Shown one piece after another: positions 42,362-58,158 of a stretch of 64,000 nt of DNA; position 1 is the stretch's first letter, and each line of letters opens with the position of its first letter. The notes beneath the pieces were generated by a model. The model did not search any database. It saw nothing but the letters and a program-made list of their open reading frames with translations, and had not been told where the DNA came from. The DNA is taken from the NCBI RefSeq assembly GCF_009914755.1, contig NC_060931.1. The stretch is one strand, 5' to 3'. Origin of the DNA: the human T2T-CHM13v2.0 reference genome, Homo sapiens. The translations under genes and the position numbers were made by a program.

Positions 42362-42975
42362 TTCAGGATCTTGATCCTACTTGTTTAATATTTCCATTGA
42401 AATCCCCTCTCTTGTCTGCAGCCGATCTGGGCACAATGGTTTTGGCATCCATCAATTGGAAAGTTTGCTCAACTTTAATTTTTTAGTCATAATTGTGTAA
42501 GCTGAAACAATTGAGATGTCAATGATGTTGGCTATTGTTTGTGCTGTTGTCGGTCCTCTTCAATTAGAGCATGAACAAGATTAATTTTTTCCTCACAAAT
42601 CAATGTAGACGGTCCGTCCCTCTGTGGTTCATCTTCAACATTGTGTCATTCCTTCTTAAAACAAGTTATCCATCTGTAAAGTGCTGATTTCTTTGAGGAA
42701 ATTTTCCCCATACACTTTTTGGAAAGCATAAGTAATTTTATCATTCTTCCATCCAAACTTCAACATAAATTTTATGTTTGTTTTGGCTTCAATTTTAGCA
42801 AAATCCATGTTGCTTTGATAGGGGCTGTTTTCAAACAGATGTCTTTAGTGTGCCAAACTAGATTCTATTCAGACATGTTATACAAATTAGTATGAGTTTA
42901 ATTTGGTACAAAACAATTTATCTATGCATAGTTTTTTTAATAATATATATTTTCTATAAACTTTCTGAAGACCCC
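42362..42975 (-). mobile_element. HSMAR2 (mariner) 5' half: left TIR plus N-terminal transposase remnant
   Basis: Reverse complement begins 'ggggtcttcagaaagtttatagaaa'. ATG at 42808 gives MDFAKIEAKTNIKFMLKFGWKN..., then a frameshift. WVPKPL-like 'WMPKPL' motif present; truncated at 'QDPE' before the first catalytic Asp. Confidence 0.9.
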
Positions 42976-45900
42976 AACACTTCTCTAACTCCTTTTTCAA
43001 TTCGTATATAGTTTTCAAATTTATTTTCTATATATGTTATAAATATCACATTGTGTCCTTTTCTGTTTGTTTAATTATTTGGGAATATTTAAGTTTTAAA
43101 TGATATGAAAAAATGTTATATATTTGCTAATGTACTTAGCATGTCTTGTACTCTTCATTTCTTTGTGTTGGCCCATATTTACATTGGGTAATATTTTTCT
43201 TCTGTCTGAGGAAATTTCTTCAACTGTTTTTCATCATAGGTGTTCCAGTAATTATATTCTTGAGTTTTATATATCTGAAAAAAGTATCTATTTCATCTTT
43301 CACTTTGTAAGACCTTTTCTTTGGGTGTAGAATTCTAGTATTAGAATTCTTTGTTCTCCAGTACTCTAAAGTTTTTCTCAGTTATCTCTGATCTTGCTTT
43401 GAATCTGATGAAAAGTTTTCTGTCATATATTTTTGTTTCTCTATAGATAATCTATCTTTTTTTTTTCCAAGCACACCTTTAAGATTTTATCTTTATAACT
43501 GATATTTATTCATGTAATTATGTTTCTTGGCAGAGTTTCTTTTTTCCCATATTTTTAGGTCTTGCTGTATCTTGAATGCTTCAAGGGCACTACTCTGCCC
43601 TTGAAACTTTGGGTTTACAGTGTTTATCAAATTGTAAAATTGTTGTATAATTATTTCTCCAAATAATTTTCTGCCACTCCCTCTTTCAGGGACTCCAATT
43701 ATACATAAAAATAGACTTCTTGAATTTGTATCACAGCTAACTGATCTGTTCTCTTTCTCTCTCTCTTTTCTCACTCTCTTTGCTCTCAATGTTTTATTTT
43801 CAACAGTTCCTATTGTTACATATTCAATTTCATGAATCATTTTTTCTGGGGTGTCTAATTGGCAATTTGTCATTAATTTTATGCCAGACATTATTTTTAC
43901 TTCAGAAAGTTCAACTTGGTTCTTTTTCATATCTTACGTGTCTCTCCTTAAAAAGTTCAACCTTTCCTTTAGCTTTCAGAATATATGAACTACAGTTATA
44001 AAAACTGTTTCTGATTCCCTTATCCGTTAATTTTATCATCTGCACCACTCCTAGGACAGGTGTGATTGATTTTTTTCTTCATTCTGGGTGTATTTTTTTT
44101 TTTGCTTCTGTGTATGCCTAGTTATATTTCATTAAATGAAAGCTATTCTAAACTTTACTTTGTCAGGTGCTAGATAATTTTCTATCCATATAAAATATTC
44201 TTAAGATTTGTGCTATGACATATTTAAGTTACTTAAAAACAATGTTTTTTTTTTTTTAGTATGATTTTTAGGATCTGTTAGTCATTACTAGAATAATGTT
44301 TAAAGCTAATTATTTCAACCATTAAAGCAAGGCCTTTCGGGGTTCTCTGCATAATGGTTTGTAATGTGTGAGATCTTCTACTTTCACTGGTGGAAACAGG
44401 CAATAGTCCAGGCTTTGTGCTACAAGCTATGCCTGTGAAAACTGAAATGTTCCTCTTGTATTTTTAGGTGGTTCTTTTCCCAGCCTTGGGTAATTTTCTC
44501 ACACACACATACTGGTCAGTTATCTGCTAGTTGTTCTGGAAGGACCTTCTATAGATATCAGAATTTTTCTTTTCTCCGCTACTCTGCCCTGCAAACCCTA
44601 CCTACCATTGTCCCTCTAGACTCTTAGCTGTATTTCCTCAACTCAGGGAGTTCACCCTTTCTGCTGAAGTTATTGCTCTTTGCGTTAAGGCCTAGAAAGT
44701 CTTATAGCAGTAAGTCGAGCAATTGTAGAGCTTGCTTAGTTTATTTTCCATCTTTCAGGGACTCTATTCTTTCATTGTATAATTTCAAATTTATTGAAAG
44801 CCTTGGTTCTTTTGCTTAGGATTTTCTTGGCTATTTGGGCTCTTGTTTGGTTCCATGTGAATTTTAAAATAGTTTTTTTCTAGTTTTGTGAAGAATGTCA
44901 TTGACAGTTTGATAGGAATAGCATTGAATCTGTAAACTGCTTTAGGCAGAATGGCCATTTTAACAATATTGCTTCTTCCTATCCATGAGCATGGAATATA
45001 TTTCCATTTATTTGTGCTATCTCTGATTTCTTAGTGTTTTTGTAGTTTTCATTGTAGAGTTGTTTCACCTCCCTGGTTAGCTATATTCGTTGGTATTTCA
45101 TTTTTTCTTGTGGCAATTGTGAATGAGGTTGCATTCCTAATTTGGCTCTTGACTTGTCTGTTGTTGTTTAGGAATGCTAGAGATTCCTGTGGGTTGCTTT
45201 TGTATCCTGAAACTTTGAGGCAGTTGTTTACCAGCTTAAGGAGCTTTTTAGGCTGCAACTATGGGGTTTTCTAGATACAGAATCAAGTTACTTGCAAAAA
45301 GTGAAAGTTTGATTTCCTCTCTTTCTATTTGCATGCGCTTTATTTCCTTCTCGTCAGATTGCTCTGGCAAGGCATCCAATACTATGTTGAAAAGAAGTGG
45401 TGAGAGAACATATCCTTGTCTTATGCCAGTTTTCAAAGGGAATGCTTCCAGTTATTGCCCACTCATTATGATATTTGTTATAGGTTTGTCATATATGACC
45501 CATTATTTTGAGCAAAAAGAACAAAGCAGGAAGCATTATGCTACCCAACTTCAAACTATACTACAGGGATACAGTAACCAAAAGAGCATAGTACTGGTTC
45601 AAAAACTGACACACAGATCAACGGAACAGAATAGAGAGCCCACAAATAAGGCTACACACCTGTAACCATCTGATCTTTGACAAAGCTGCAAAAGCACTGG
45701 GGAAAGGAATTACCCTCTTCAATAAATGGTGCTTGGATAACTGGCTAGTCATTTGCAGAGGACTGAAACTAGACCCCCTTTTTATTCTATATACGAAAGT
45801 TAACTCAAGATTTTTGGATTAAAGACTTAAATGTAAAATCCAAAACTATAAAAACTCTGAAAGACAATCTAGGCAATATGATTCTAGACATAGGCCCTGT

Positions 45901-46137
45901 CAAAGATTTCATGATGAAGATGTCAAAGGCAATTACAACAAAAGCAAAAATTGGTAAATGAGATCTAATTAAACTAAGGAGCTTCTGCATAGCAAAAAAA
46001 AAAAAAAAAAAAAAAAAAACTATCAAAAGAATGAACAGACAATCTATAGAATGGGAGAACATTTTTGCAAACTATGCATCTGTCAGAGGTCTAGTATCCA
46101 GCATCTATAAGGAACATTAAAAAAAACTATAAACAAG

Positions 46138-47040
46138 GAGGAGCCAAGATGGCCGAATAGGAACAGCTCCAGTGTACAGCTCCCAGCGTGAGCGACGCAG
46201 AAGACGGGTGATTTCTGCATTTCCATCTGAGGTACCGGGTTCATCTCACTACGGAGTGCCAGACAGTGGGCGCAGGTCAGTGGGTGCATGCACCGTGTGC
46301 GAGCCGAAGCAGGGCGAGGCATTGCCTCACTTGGGAAGCACAAGGGGTCAGGGAGTTCCCTTTCCTAGTCAAAGAAAGGGGTGAAGGACGGCACCTGGAA
46401 AATCGGGTCACTCCCACCCGAATACTGCGCTTTTCCGATGGGCTTAAAAAACGGCACACCAGGAGATTGTGTCCCGCACCTGGCTTGGAGGGTCCTACAC
46501 CCACGGAGTCTCGCTGATTGCTAGCACAGCAGTCTGAGATCAAACTGCAAGGCGGCAGCGAGGCTGGGGGAGGGGCGCCCACCATTGGCCAGGCTTGCTT
46601 AGGTAAACAAAGCAGCCGGGAAGCTCGAACTGGGTGGAGCCCACCACAGCTCAAGGAGGCCTGCCTGCCTCTGTAGGCTCCACCTCTGGGGGCAGGGCAC
46701 AGACTAAAAAAAAGACAGCAGTAACCTCTGCAGACTTAAATGTCCCTGTCTGACAGCTTTGAAGAGAGCAGTGGTTCCCCCAGCACGCAGCTGGAGATCT
46801 GAGAACAGGCAGACTGCCTCCTCAAGTGGGTCCCTGACCCCTCACCCCCGAGCAGCCTAACTGGGAGGCACCCCCCAGCAGGGGCACACTGACACCTCAC
46901 AAGGCAGGGTATTCCAACAGACCTGCAGCTGAGGGTCCTCTCTGTTAGAAGTAAAACTAACAAACAGAAAGGACACCCACACCAAAAACCCATCTGTACA
47001 TCACCATCATCAAAGACCAAAAGTAGATAAAACCACAAAG
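46138..47040 (+). promoter_or_regulatory. L1 5' UTR internal sense promoter (YY1 site intact) and antisense promoter; CpG-rich
   Basis: 'caagatggcc' YY1 motif at 46145-46154; CpG-rich first ~500 bp; short-form UTR junction 'gggtattccaacagacc'. Confidence 0.85.
46277..46585 (-). CDS. L1 antisense ORF0-like ORF (102 aa, C-terminally extended)
   Basis: MVGAPPPASLPPCSLISDCCASNQRDSVGVGPS...IRVGVTRFSRC matches primate L1 ORF0 and stays open to 46277. Confidence 0.6.
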   Translation of the reverse strand: MVGAPPPASLPPCSLISDCCASNQRDSVGVGPSKPGAGHNLLVCRFLSPSEKRSIRVGVTRFSRCRPSPLSLTRKGNSLTPCASQVRQCLALLRLAHGACTH

Positions 47041-48057
47041 ATGGGGAAAAAACAGAACAGAAAAACTGGAAACTCTAAAAAGCAGAGCACCTCTCCTCCT
47101 CCAAAGGAACGCAGTTCCTCACCAGGAACCGAACAAAGCTGGATGGAGAATGACTTTGATGAGCTGAGAGAAGAAGGCTTCAGATGATCAAATTACTCTG
47201 AGCTACGGGGGGACATTCAAACCAAAGGCAAAGAAGTTGAAAACTTTGAAAAAAATTTAGAAGAATGTATAACTAGAATAACCAATACAGAGAAGTGCTT
47301 AAAGGAGCTGATGGAGCTGAAAACCAAGGCTCGAAAACTACGTGAAGAATGCAGAAGCCTCAGGAGCCGATGTGATCAACTGGAAGAAAGAGTATCAGCA
47401 ATGGAAGATGAAATGAATGAAATGAAGCGAGAAGGGAAGTTTAGAGAAAAAAGAATAAAAAGAAATGAGCAAAGCCTCCAAGAAATATGGGACTATGTGA
47501 AAACACCTAATCTACGTCTGATTGGTGTACCTGAAAGTGATGGGGAGAATGGAACCAAGTTGGAAAACACTCTGCAGGATATTATCCAGGAGAACTTCCC
47601 CAATCTAGCAAGGCAGGCCAATGTTCAGATTCAGGAAATACAGAGAATGCCACAAAGATACTCCTCGAGAATAGCAACTCCAAGACACATAATTGTCAGA
47701 TTCACCAAAGTTGAAATGAAGGAAAAAATGTTAAGGGCAGCCAGAGAGAAAGGTCGGGTTACCCACAAAGGGAAGCCCATCAGACTAACAGCAGATCTCT
47801 CGGCAGAAACCCTACAAGCCAGAAGAGAGTGGGGGCCAATATTCAACATTCTTAAAGAAAAGAATTTTCAACCCAGAATTTCATTTCCACCCAAACTAAG
47901 CTTCATAAGTGAAGGAGAAATAAAATCCTTTACAGACAAGCAAATGCTGAGAGATTTTGTCACCACCAGGCCTGCCTTACAAGAGCTCCTGAAGGAAGCG
48001 CTAAACATGGAAAGGAACAACCGGGACCAGCCGCTGCAAAATCATGCCAAAATGTAA
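47041..48057 (+). pseudogene. L1 ORF1p (338-codon frame) disrupted by nonsense R49* (TGA at 47185-47187)
   Basis: Starts MGKKQNRKTGNS; 'ttcagatgatca' replaces consensus CGA. The downstream 248-aa ORF (47311-48057) retains REKG, ARREW and the C-terminus. Confidence 0.93.
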
Positions 48058-48105
48058 AGACCATCGAGACTAGGAAGAAACTGCATCAACTAACGAGCAA
48101 AATAA

Positions 48106-51597
<3,492 letters not shown>

Positions 51598-54131
51598 TTC
51601 CTCAGGGATCTAGAACTAGAAATACCATTTGGCCCAGCCATCCCATTACTGGGTATATACCCAAAGGACTATAAATCATGCTGCTATAAAGACACATGCA
51701 CACGTATGTTTATTGCGGCATTATTCACAATAGCAAAGACTTGGAACCAACCCAAATGTCCAACAATGATAGACTGGATTAAGAAAATGTGGACATATAC
51801 ACCATGGAATACTATGCAGCCACAAAAAACGATGAGTTCATGTCCTTTGTAGGGACATGGATGAAATTGGAAATCATCATTCTCAGTAAACTATCGCAAG
51901 AACAAAAAACCAAACACTGCATATTCTCACTCATAGGTGGGAATTGAACAATAAGATCACATGGACACAGGACGGGGAATATCACACTCTGGGGACTGTT
52001 GTGGGGTGGGGGGGAGGGGGGAGGTACAGCATCGGGAGATATACCTAATGCTAGATGACCAGTTAGTGGGTGCAGTGCACCAGCATGGCACATGTATACG
52101 TATGTAACTAACCTGCACAATGTGCACATATACCCTAAAACTTGAAGTATAATAAAAAAAAACTATAAACAAGTCAACTAACAATCCCATTAAAAAGTGG
52201 ACAAAGGACATGAACAGATAGTTTTCAAAAGAAGAAATATGTGTGAGTAATAAGCATATGAAAAAATGCTCAATATAACTGAACATTAGAGAAATGTAAA
52301 TCAAAACCATAATGAGATATCAACTCATACCAGTCAGAATGACTATTATTAAAAACCCAAAAAACAAACAGATGTTGGCAAGGTTGCAGAAAAAAGAGAA
52401 CACTTACAAACTGTTGTTGGGAGTGTAAATTAGCTTAACCATTGTGGATAGCTGTGTGGTGATTCTTCAAAGAGCTTATAACAGAACTGCCAGTTGACCC
52501 AGCCACCCCATTACTGGGTATATACCCAAAGGACTATGAATCATTCTATCGTAAGTACACATGCACACATATGTTTCTTGCAGCACTATTAACAATAGCA
52601 TAGACATAGGATCACTTAAATACCCATCAATGGAACAATGGATAAAGAAAATGTGGTACATATACACCATGGAGTACTGTGTACCCATAAAAACAATGAG
52701 ACTACGTCCTTTGCAGGCACATAGATGGAGATAGAGGTCATTATCTTTAGCAAACTAACACAGGAACAGGATACCAAATACCGCATCTTCTCACTTATAA
52801 GAGGGAGCTAAATGATGAGAACACATGGATACAAAAAAGGGAACAACAGACACTGGGTTGTTGTTGTTACCTAACTGAGGGCGTAAGGTAAGAGGAGCAA
52901 GAGGATCAGAAAAATATGTTGGATATTAGGCTTGGTACCTGAGTGACAAATTAATCTATATAAAAACCCCCATGACACAAGTTTACCTATATAACAAACC
53001 TACACATGTACCGTGAACCTAAAATGAAAATTAAAAAAAATACTAAAAAGTCTTTGTTTTATATGTTATTTTTTTCTTTTTTACATGTTTTAAAAGAGAA
53101 ATGTTCATATCTTCTTGTTATTTCATTATTAGAAGCAGAAATTTTCCCCCTTTTATTGAACATTTACAGAATCTTTAATAGTTCTCTCTTCACTCCAGTT
53201 TCTGGTGATTAAAAATCTTTCTTTTTAACCAAACATAAAATTCCTCCTATGTTTTCAATAATATTGTCTTCTTCTTAGTCAAACAAAACATATTTCATCA
53301 TTTAATTTTTTCTTTATTTTGTTAAATATTGCCTTTTCTGTAATGACTCTATCCTCTCCACCTGTTGGTGTTTCTCTTGGTAGTTAATTAGCAATCCTTT
53401 TTTTAAGTTATCTCTTAACTTTCTGACTTACATCCCAAAAACTTTTCTAGAAGTTATTAAATGACATCACTATTTATCCTATTTCTGAAATGACATTCTG
53501 CAAGAATTTTGATTTTATTACTAGCTCATTGAGTTGGCGAATTTCCAATGCTTTTGTAGCTATATTTAAATATAATATTAGCGTTCCTGTGGCATCCATC
53601 AGATATTTCAGGCAAGTAACCATGACATGAATAATGAAATTCTAAGAAAAGAAAGAAATAGAATAATACTCAAGTCAGGGCAAGTATATCACAAAGGCTG
53701 GTAGTCCTCTATGAAGTGGGGGTGGAAAGGAAAAAGAATAGTTCTACAGATTTCTCGGTTTTGACAACCATGTTTCTGTTCAGGAAAACTTCTCTATCAT
53801 CTCTCCAAGAGCTAAGAGATTTAGACTTTGGTTCAAAAATTGTCTAAGAATGTATTAGCATCTTCTTAGTTGAAATAGCTTTTCTATGATAAAATTTTTC
53901 CTTTTCACTTTGGACCTTGAAACAACCATATAATTTGTGTTCATATAAACATATATATTCTCCTGAAACTTGAATAATATCTCATTTATTTGAGTTATTT
54001 CTACTAATCTTAATGCTCCCTCTTGTGCATCATCAAATGGTACTACACTGTATTTATAAAGTTGCTATGATCAAGGGATTTCAAATGACAGCATTGGGTA
54101 CCACTGATAAGCAACTGTTCCATATAATAAT

Positions 54132-54850
<719 letters not shown>

Positions 54851-56505
54851 ATAGTCTTAGGATACTGGTGAGCAACTTTGGTAAGTAAATATGTTTAGAT
54901 GAGCTAAGTGCTATTGAAAATAAATTAGTGAATTATGAAAAGATATATGTTTCTTCAAGGGGTTTTTAAACATATTTTTATATTGATGATGAATATAAAA
55001 ACCAATCTGACTTAGTTTTTTCTATGGTAGTCTCTCTTACTTTAATTTTGTTCTTTCCTCCTTTTTTGTTCTTTTCCCTTTCTACCATTTTATTCATTTC
55101 CTTCAGTGCTATTTTCTTGTCCTTCAAATGTTGAAAAATAATATTAAATGGATTTCAGATTTAAAGATAAAACAGATCTACTGTATAATTATAACATTTT
55201 GCATTCTAAACTCATTTTGCAATTAGTTTAAATATTATTGAAATTAGTTGTGTTTTACATTTTTATGCAAAATCACTACATTCCATTATAAAATGTCTAA
55301 TGAACTTTTAAAAATTACTTACAACAGCATTTCCACATTAACAGCAAATCAACATTTATTACATTCATAAGGCAAACCTAACCAATTGCTGTTATTTTAT
55401 TTCTTTTCACAGAACATAGAGAAGAAAAGTCATTAACTTAGGATATTATGTGCAAAAAGGAATAAAAATATTCTCGTAGACTTAGATAAATATATTCATA
55501 TCTAATTGCCTCCAGGAAAGAAAAGATTCTGGGTATGTCTTTGGCAACCTGTGTAGATTGCTTTATTCACACAGTATAATGTTCTAAAATATTCCTAGGT
55601 TGCATGAATTACTTATTTAGTTCTGACTGCAAGGTAGAATTTAAGAAGGGTACAGAAGACTGGGTGAAGGTAGAAAGGAAGAATCAAATCTCAAGTTAAC
55701 AAATGGCTGTGTACGAAGATTACATAGCACAAACGATGTCTAGAGAGGGTGTGATAATTTATATGTGTATTAATTCAACTAAAATAACTAAGACCTCATT
55801 AAATGGCAGATACCTAATACTGAAGTGCTGTATGATTGATGGCATAAAAAAATACATACTTAAGAAGTCAACTGAGGTTTGGAGTAAGATTTTAGTTTAG
55901 GTGCCAAAACTTAATAAGACAGAGAATCCCAAGGAATCCAAGAGGCCTGGAGAGAAAGGGGTGAAGAATAAAACACTTATTAGTTGCCATCCTTACAGGA
56001 TATTTTATATATGGATGAGTAGGAGATAATAGAAAAAGAAAGAAAATTTTCACTAATGATACCTAAATGCAAAAGAGTAGGAATCATAGTATTCTTTAGG
56101 GTAGAATTAGAGCAAAAACAAGGGTAGGTGTGGTAGGATTTTAGAAAAACCTTAGGCTATTAATTAACTTCCAAATAAAATAGTGGAAATATGTCTACTT
56201 AAGAAAAATGAAAATAAATAAACCTTAGAGTTTATTATTGTATTTGCTGAGGGAGGTGAGTATGATTAAGATTATTTGTGAATTAAATACAAATTGAAAT
56301 ATAAGTATTTTCAAATCATTTTGATCATTCTGCTTCCCAATGTGAATAAAATATTTAGAAATGTATACTCCTTCAAGTTTAATTATATAACAACACCATT
56401 ATAGTCCATTTTTTTTCATGAAATATAATGCTGTTTGTAGTTAATAAATTGGATCCTTTAAATAATTTTAAGGGTAATTTTTATTTAATTAAAAAAGAAA
56501 AGCAA

Positions 56506-56810
56506 GGCTGGGCATGGTGGCTCACGCCTGTCATCCCAGCACTTTCGGGGGCCAAGGCAGGTGGATCACGAGGCTAGGAGATCAAGACCATCCTGGCCAA
56601 CATGGTGAATCCCTGTCTCTACTTAAAATACAAAAATTAGCTGGGTGTGGCAGTGTGCGTCTGTAGTCCAAGCTACTCGGGAGGCTGAGGGAGAAAGGAG
56701 AATTGTTTGAACAAGATAGCTGGAGGCTACAGTGAGCTGAGATTGCGCCACTGCACTCCAGCCTGGGCAACAGAGCAAGACTCCGTCTCAAAAAATAAAA
56801 AATAAAAAAG
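56506..56810 (+). mobile_element. AluSc-like
   Basis: 'ggatcacgagg...gagatcaagaccatcctggccaacatgg'; A-rich tail. Confidence 0.92.
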
Positions 56811-57374
56811 GCAGCTAGACTTCTTGTTTCACATTCAATGTGTATAAATCTCAGAAGATGGTACTCTCTTTACAATAATAAAAGCTGGAAACACTGAAAA
56901 TAAACAACTTAATGGGCCCATGAGAGAAGTGAGGTCATAAAGCAAACAGCTTACCAATATTTGGAGAGACAGAAACAGCTAACCAGAGAACTTGAGAATT
57001 ATTTGTCTTGAGCAGAAGCAGGAAAGCCACAGAAATAAATCTACTGACTTCAATGGAAAATCTGAGAAATTGCTGAGACTTGAAGGTGAATTAGAATTGG
57101 TGAGAAGCTCTTAGGGACAACAATATAAATGAGTCCTCAAATTTCTGTGGGCTTTCATTCCAGGAACCCACTGGCCTTTCAGAAGGATGCTCTGAGAAAA
57201 TATCCTTATGACCTTGTCAGAAGAAGAAGAGAAACCATTATGAAATTCTTCAGGAGCCTTCATAATAAAGTCTTATTTTCAAGGGAAACATCCAGAAGCT
57301 TATCCCACATGGAGAAAAGAAATTACACAACACTATATCTTCTGCATACTTTCTACCTCAAGCACAAAATTAAA

Positions 57375-57442
57375 ATATATATATATATATAAATATATGT
57401 GTATATATATATATATATATAAAAATATATGTATATATATAT
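57375..57442. repeat. Interrupted (TA)n
   Basis: TA runs with a duplicated 'aaatatatgt' interruption. Confidence 0.9.
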
Positions 57443-57872
57443 AGTTAATAGGAAATAGGGCTTCAGAAAAATATAGATTGGGAATCCTAAAGCTACAACA
57501 CGGAATATGAAGCAGGGGAGATAATAGTTGTATCACTGGAAGAGGGGGAGAATTGCTTGAGAAAGTCACACTCCTAAGCCACTATTAGATTGGAAAACTA
57601 TTAAACCGAGATTTAATCAGAAGACTACACAGTGCTTCCCCACCCCACACCCTAACACTACACAAACAAGATTCAACTATAACAATAATGGTTTGCCATT
57701 GAAAGGGCTGCAAGATATACACTCTTTTTGAGAATCAGTGCAAAGAGAAGTCTGGAAACTAAGAAGAAGGGCAAAACGAACAGAGGTATTTGAAGCCTCT
57801 CCTATTTATAGCTAAACAGAGCCCAACTCCTAGGCAGATTAACATAAATACTCACATTATGATCTAGTTAAC

Positions 57873-58158
57873 GGCCGGCGCAGTGGCTCACGCCTGTAAT
57901 CCCAGCACTTTGGGAGGCCAAGGCAGGTGGATCACGATGTCAGGAGTTCATGACCAGCCTGACCAATATGGTGAATTCCTGTCTCTACTAAAAATACAAG
58001 AATTAGCTGGGCATGGTGCTGCCCCTGTAATCGCAGTTACTCAGGAGGCTGAGGAAGGAGAATCACTTGAACCCGAGAGGTGGAGGTTGCAGTGAGCCGA
58101 GATCATGTCACTGCACTCCAGCCTGGGCAACATAGCAAGACTCCATGAAAAAAAAAAA
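57873..58158 (+). mobile_element. AluSg-like with TSD
   Basis: 'ggatcacgatgtcaggagttc'; TSD 'gatctagttaac' (57861-57872) vs 'gatctatttaac' (58159-58170). Confidence 0.92.

Noticed and set aside
45261-45665. 134-aa ORF spanning the inversion junction as a novel chimeric protein
   Set aside because: Antisense plus off-frame L1 sequence; no evidence of expression or constraint.
47311-48057. Independent 248-aa gene
   Set aside because: It is the part of L1 ORF1 downstream of the R49* stop.
51991-52024. G-quadruplex motif
   Set aside because: Standard feature of the L1PA 3' UTR; not locus-specific.
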